Virus record (IMG/VR): IMGVR_UViG_3300020109_000011 | Coordinates: 1-64,000 of that record | Origin: a virus | Length of the DNA stretch: 64,000 bases | Direction: 5' to 3' (one strand) | In this document: positions 62,474-64,000 of the stretch, piece after piece | Layout: each line of letters begins with the position of its first letter | Numbering within the stretch: position 1 is the first letter of the stretch | Notes under the pieces: model-generated | What the model saw: only the letters and a program-made list of their open reading frames with translations | Told to the model about the DNA's origin: nothing | The model's database searches: none | Position numbers and translations under genes: made by a program

Positions 62474-62814
62474 GGGCCCCAGACCGAGAAGGGCTGGTTG
62501 GGCGGGTAGACGGCCACGCCCGAGGTGGTGGCGACGTGGACGTTGCCCTTCGCGGTGAGCTCGGTGCTGCGCAGGTAGCCCCGGTGCCCGGGGGTCTGCA
62601 CGATCCGGCCGTGCTCGGCGGTTGACAGGGCGTCGGCCGCCACCGTCAGCACCTGCTCGCCGGAGCGCCGGGCGCGCGGGAAGGCGTAGACCCTGCCCTC
62701 GATGAGGTAGCTGGCGGCCATCCGGCAGCCGTAGCAGCTGACGCCGGGGTCGTCCGGGTGGTGAGCGGCGTGGAGCTCGCGGGCCTTGCGCCCGACCGGG
62801 CCGATGGCGGCCAT
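62470..62814 (-). CDS. Hypothetical protein
   Basis: Coupled starts and stops; HH..CYGC. Confidence 0.55.
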   Translation of the reverse strand: MAAIGPVGRKARELHAAHHPDDPGVSCYGCRMAASYLIEGRVYAFPRARRSGEQVLTVAADALSTAEHGRIVQTPGHRGYLRSTELTAKGNVHVATTSGVAVYPPNQPFSVWGP

Positions 62815-63002
62815 CAGCCCTCCTCGGCCGGGTTGGCGTGGTTCGGGCACAGGATCGGCACGTCCGGACGGTGCGGGTTGTACCGCCAGCCGTCCTCCAT
62901 CAGCTGGGCCCAGTTGCTGGCCAGCGCCTCGTACCAGTCCAGGGTCCAGTTGGGGCACCCGGACTCGTCGTCGCAGGTGATGATCGGGAAGGTGGCCTTC
63001 AT
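62814..63002 (-). CDS. Small Zn-finger protein
   Basis: ITCDDESGC..DGW..LCPNH. Confidence 0.65.
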   Translation of the reverse strand: MKATFPIITCDDESGCPNWTLDWYEALASNWAQLMEDGWRYNPHRPDVPILCPNHANPAEEG

Positions 63003-64000
63003 CAGGCGGGCCCGCCCGAGATCTCCGAGTCGGCGCCCTGGTCGGCCATGTACCGGGCCCACGGGTCGCCCTCGGTGTAGAGGTCGTCCAGCATCGCCTC
63101 GGCGGACTGGGGGGTGTGCTGCATCAGCCCGCACGGCAGCTTGAACGGGCAGGTGGCGCAGTGCCAGCCCGGGGTGAAGTAGGCGACCCGCCGGGGGTCA
63201 GCGCCAGCGTCCAGCGCGAACTTGGTCCGGGCCAGGTCGGTGACCGCGCCCTCCAGGCGGACGTTGTAGGCCTCCTGCTCGGCGTCGTTGATCTCGATGG
63301 TCACCCGCTTGTAGAACGGCGGCTTCGCGGTCGGCGTGCGCAGCACCTTGCGCAGCAGCGTGAAGCTGACCCCGGCGGTCCACTGGTCGGCGGGGGCCTG
63401 CTGCTGCTCCAGCATCCGGTAGAGCCGGGGCTGCGGGCTCATCTCCAGCGACAGCATCGCGGGCTCGCCGAAGTTGCCCATCGTCTTGAAGTCGTCCACG
63501 TAGACGGCGCCGTCGGACTTCCGGCGGCGGCGGCGGTCCAGCTTGCCCCGGACCAGCACGGTGACCTCGGCGTCCCCGTCGGGCGTGTCAACCACCAGGG
63601 TCAGGAAGTGGGACAGCTTGGTCTCGACCCCGACGATGTCCCAGTAGGCGTCCTCGCCCTCGGCCTCCAGCCACTCCATGTAGCCCTCCAGCATCCGGAA
63701 GCCCAGCTTCGACTCCTTGTCCAGGTCCAGGACGAAGGGGGAGTTGCTGGCCTCGGCCACGGCGAACTCGTGGGCCATCAGCTGCTTCCAGGCGATGGCG
63801 GGGTCGGGGACGGTGCCGTCGTAGAAGGCCTCCAGCGCGCTGTGGATCCGGGAGCCGAACGGCAGCGCGCCCGTCGGGGGCTCCTCGATCTTGCGCAGGC
63901 GCCGGTAGTCCCCGAGCCACCAGCGGCGGCGGCACTGGTGGAACTGGCCGAGGGAGGAGAAGGACGCCACCGTGTTGTCAGGAACGTGGGCGGTGGTCGC
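63002..64000 (-). CDS. Cas4/RecB-like PD-(D/E)XK exonuclease, start probably beyond the window
   Basis: SFSSL..CRRRW, FGSRIHSALE, GKLD..VDDFKT, QPRLY, CATCPFKLPC. Confidence 0.9.
   Translation of the reverse strand, partial: ATTAHVPDNTVASFSSLGQFHQCRRRWWLGDYRRLRKIEEPPTGALPFGSRIHSALEAFYDGTVPDPAIAWKQLMAHEFAVAEASNSPFVLDLDKESKLGFRMLEGYMEWLEAEGEDAYWDIVGVETKLSHFLTLVVDTPDGDAEVTVLVRGKLDRRRRRKSDGAVYVDDFKTMGNFGEPAMLSLEMSPQPRLYRMLEQQQAPADQWTAGVSFTLLRKVLRTPTAKPPFYKRVTIEINDAEQEAYNVRLEGAVTDLARTKFALDAGADPRRVAYFTPGWHCATCPFKLPCGLMQHTPQSAEAMLDDLYTEGDPWARYMADQGADSEISGGPA

Larger units (their letters stand above)
871..63593. repeat. Dispersed 9-bp motif GTGTCAACC/GGTTGACAC, at least 41 exact copies
   Basis: GTGTCAACC at 871,2132,4291,4715,5813,8568,10547,16458,18626,20700,22090,23248,34718,38158,38356,41231,43701,46084,47720,54485,58708,60489,63585; GGTTGACAC at 7818,12223,12958,15691,17494,24802,26443,29117,30316,32043,32747,36031,44668,46815,49515,50534,53182,57506. 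Confidence 0.95.
1..64000. mobile_element. Tailed actinobacteriophage (siphovirus-like, cluster-B-like architecture) genome segment
   Basis: Terminase, portal, capsid, tail tube, tape measure, endolysin, DNA pol A, helicase, SSB/ATPase/exonuclease; tightly overlapping operons; no host housekeeping genes. Confidence 0.97.

Noticed and set aside
871-63593. 9-mer repeats as a CRISPR array or classical stoperators
   Set aside because: The repeats are 9 bp and kb-spaced with no spacer structure. Unlike stoperators they occur in both orientations relative to transcription, and I found no integrase or clear immunity repressor in the window.
63002-64000. Cas4-like nuclease as part of a CRISPR-Cas system
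   Set aside because: No cas1/cas2 or array; it sits with SSB and a Sak4-like ATPase in an ordinary phage recombination module.
1-64000. tRNA or other structured RNA genes
   Set aside because: Intergenic gaps are short and explained by promoters or hairpins; no cloverleaf was seen by eye (tRNAscan/Infernal would be decisive).

Overview
The whole 64 kb window is a high-GC (roughly 70%, estimated by eye) tailed actinobacteriophage genome segment, probably most of a siphovirus genome. Its architecture resembles cluster-B-like mycobacteriophages, with separate capsid hexamer and pentamer genes. The left part (~1-41.5 kb, + strand) carries an amidase endolysin, terminase, MuF-like protein, portal, an unusual 16 kb head-cargo block, major capsid, tail genes, tape measure and a displaced pentamer-like capsid gene. 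The right part (~41.5-64 kb, - strand) carries many small early genes, a holin-like membrane cassette, EndoVII/HNH nuclease, SNF2 helicase, RuvC-like nuclease, family A DNA polymerase, SSB, Sak4-like ATPase and a Cas4-like exonuclease. I saw no integrase, tRNA, rRNA or CRISPR array. Three things stand out. (1) Three proteins between portal and capsid share a ~85-aa module (TAA..PRxxxGR[FW]I..SH3-like..AxA[HR]L), each fused to a different enzyme: a kinase-like domain in a 3009-aa giant that also has an Acb1-like 2H phosphoesterase, a zeta-toxin kinase, and an ADP-ribosyltransferase. This suggests a polymorphic virion-packaged effector system. (2) The 9-mer GTGTCAACC/GGTTGACAC occurs at least 41 times, about every 1.5 kb, in both orientations and even inside genes via rare codons. 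(3) The same core sits at a fixed position in a family of leaderless promoters driving genes that begin MTQT. All functional calls come from motif recognition by eye; no database search was run.
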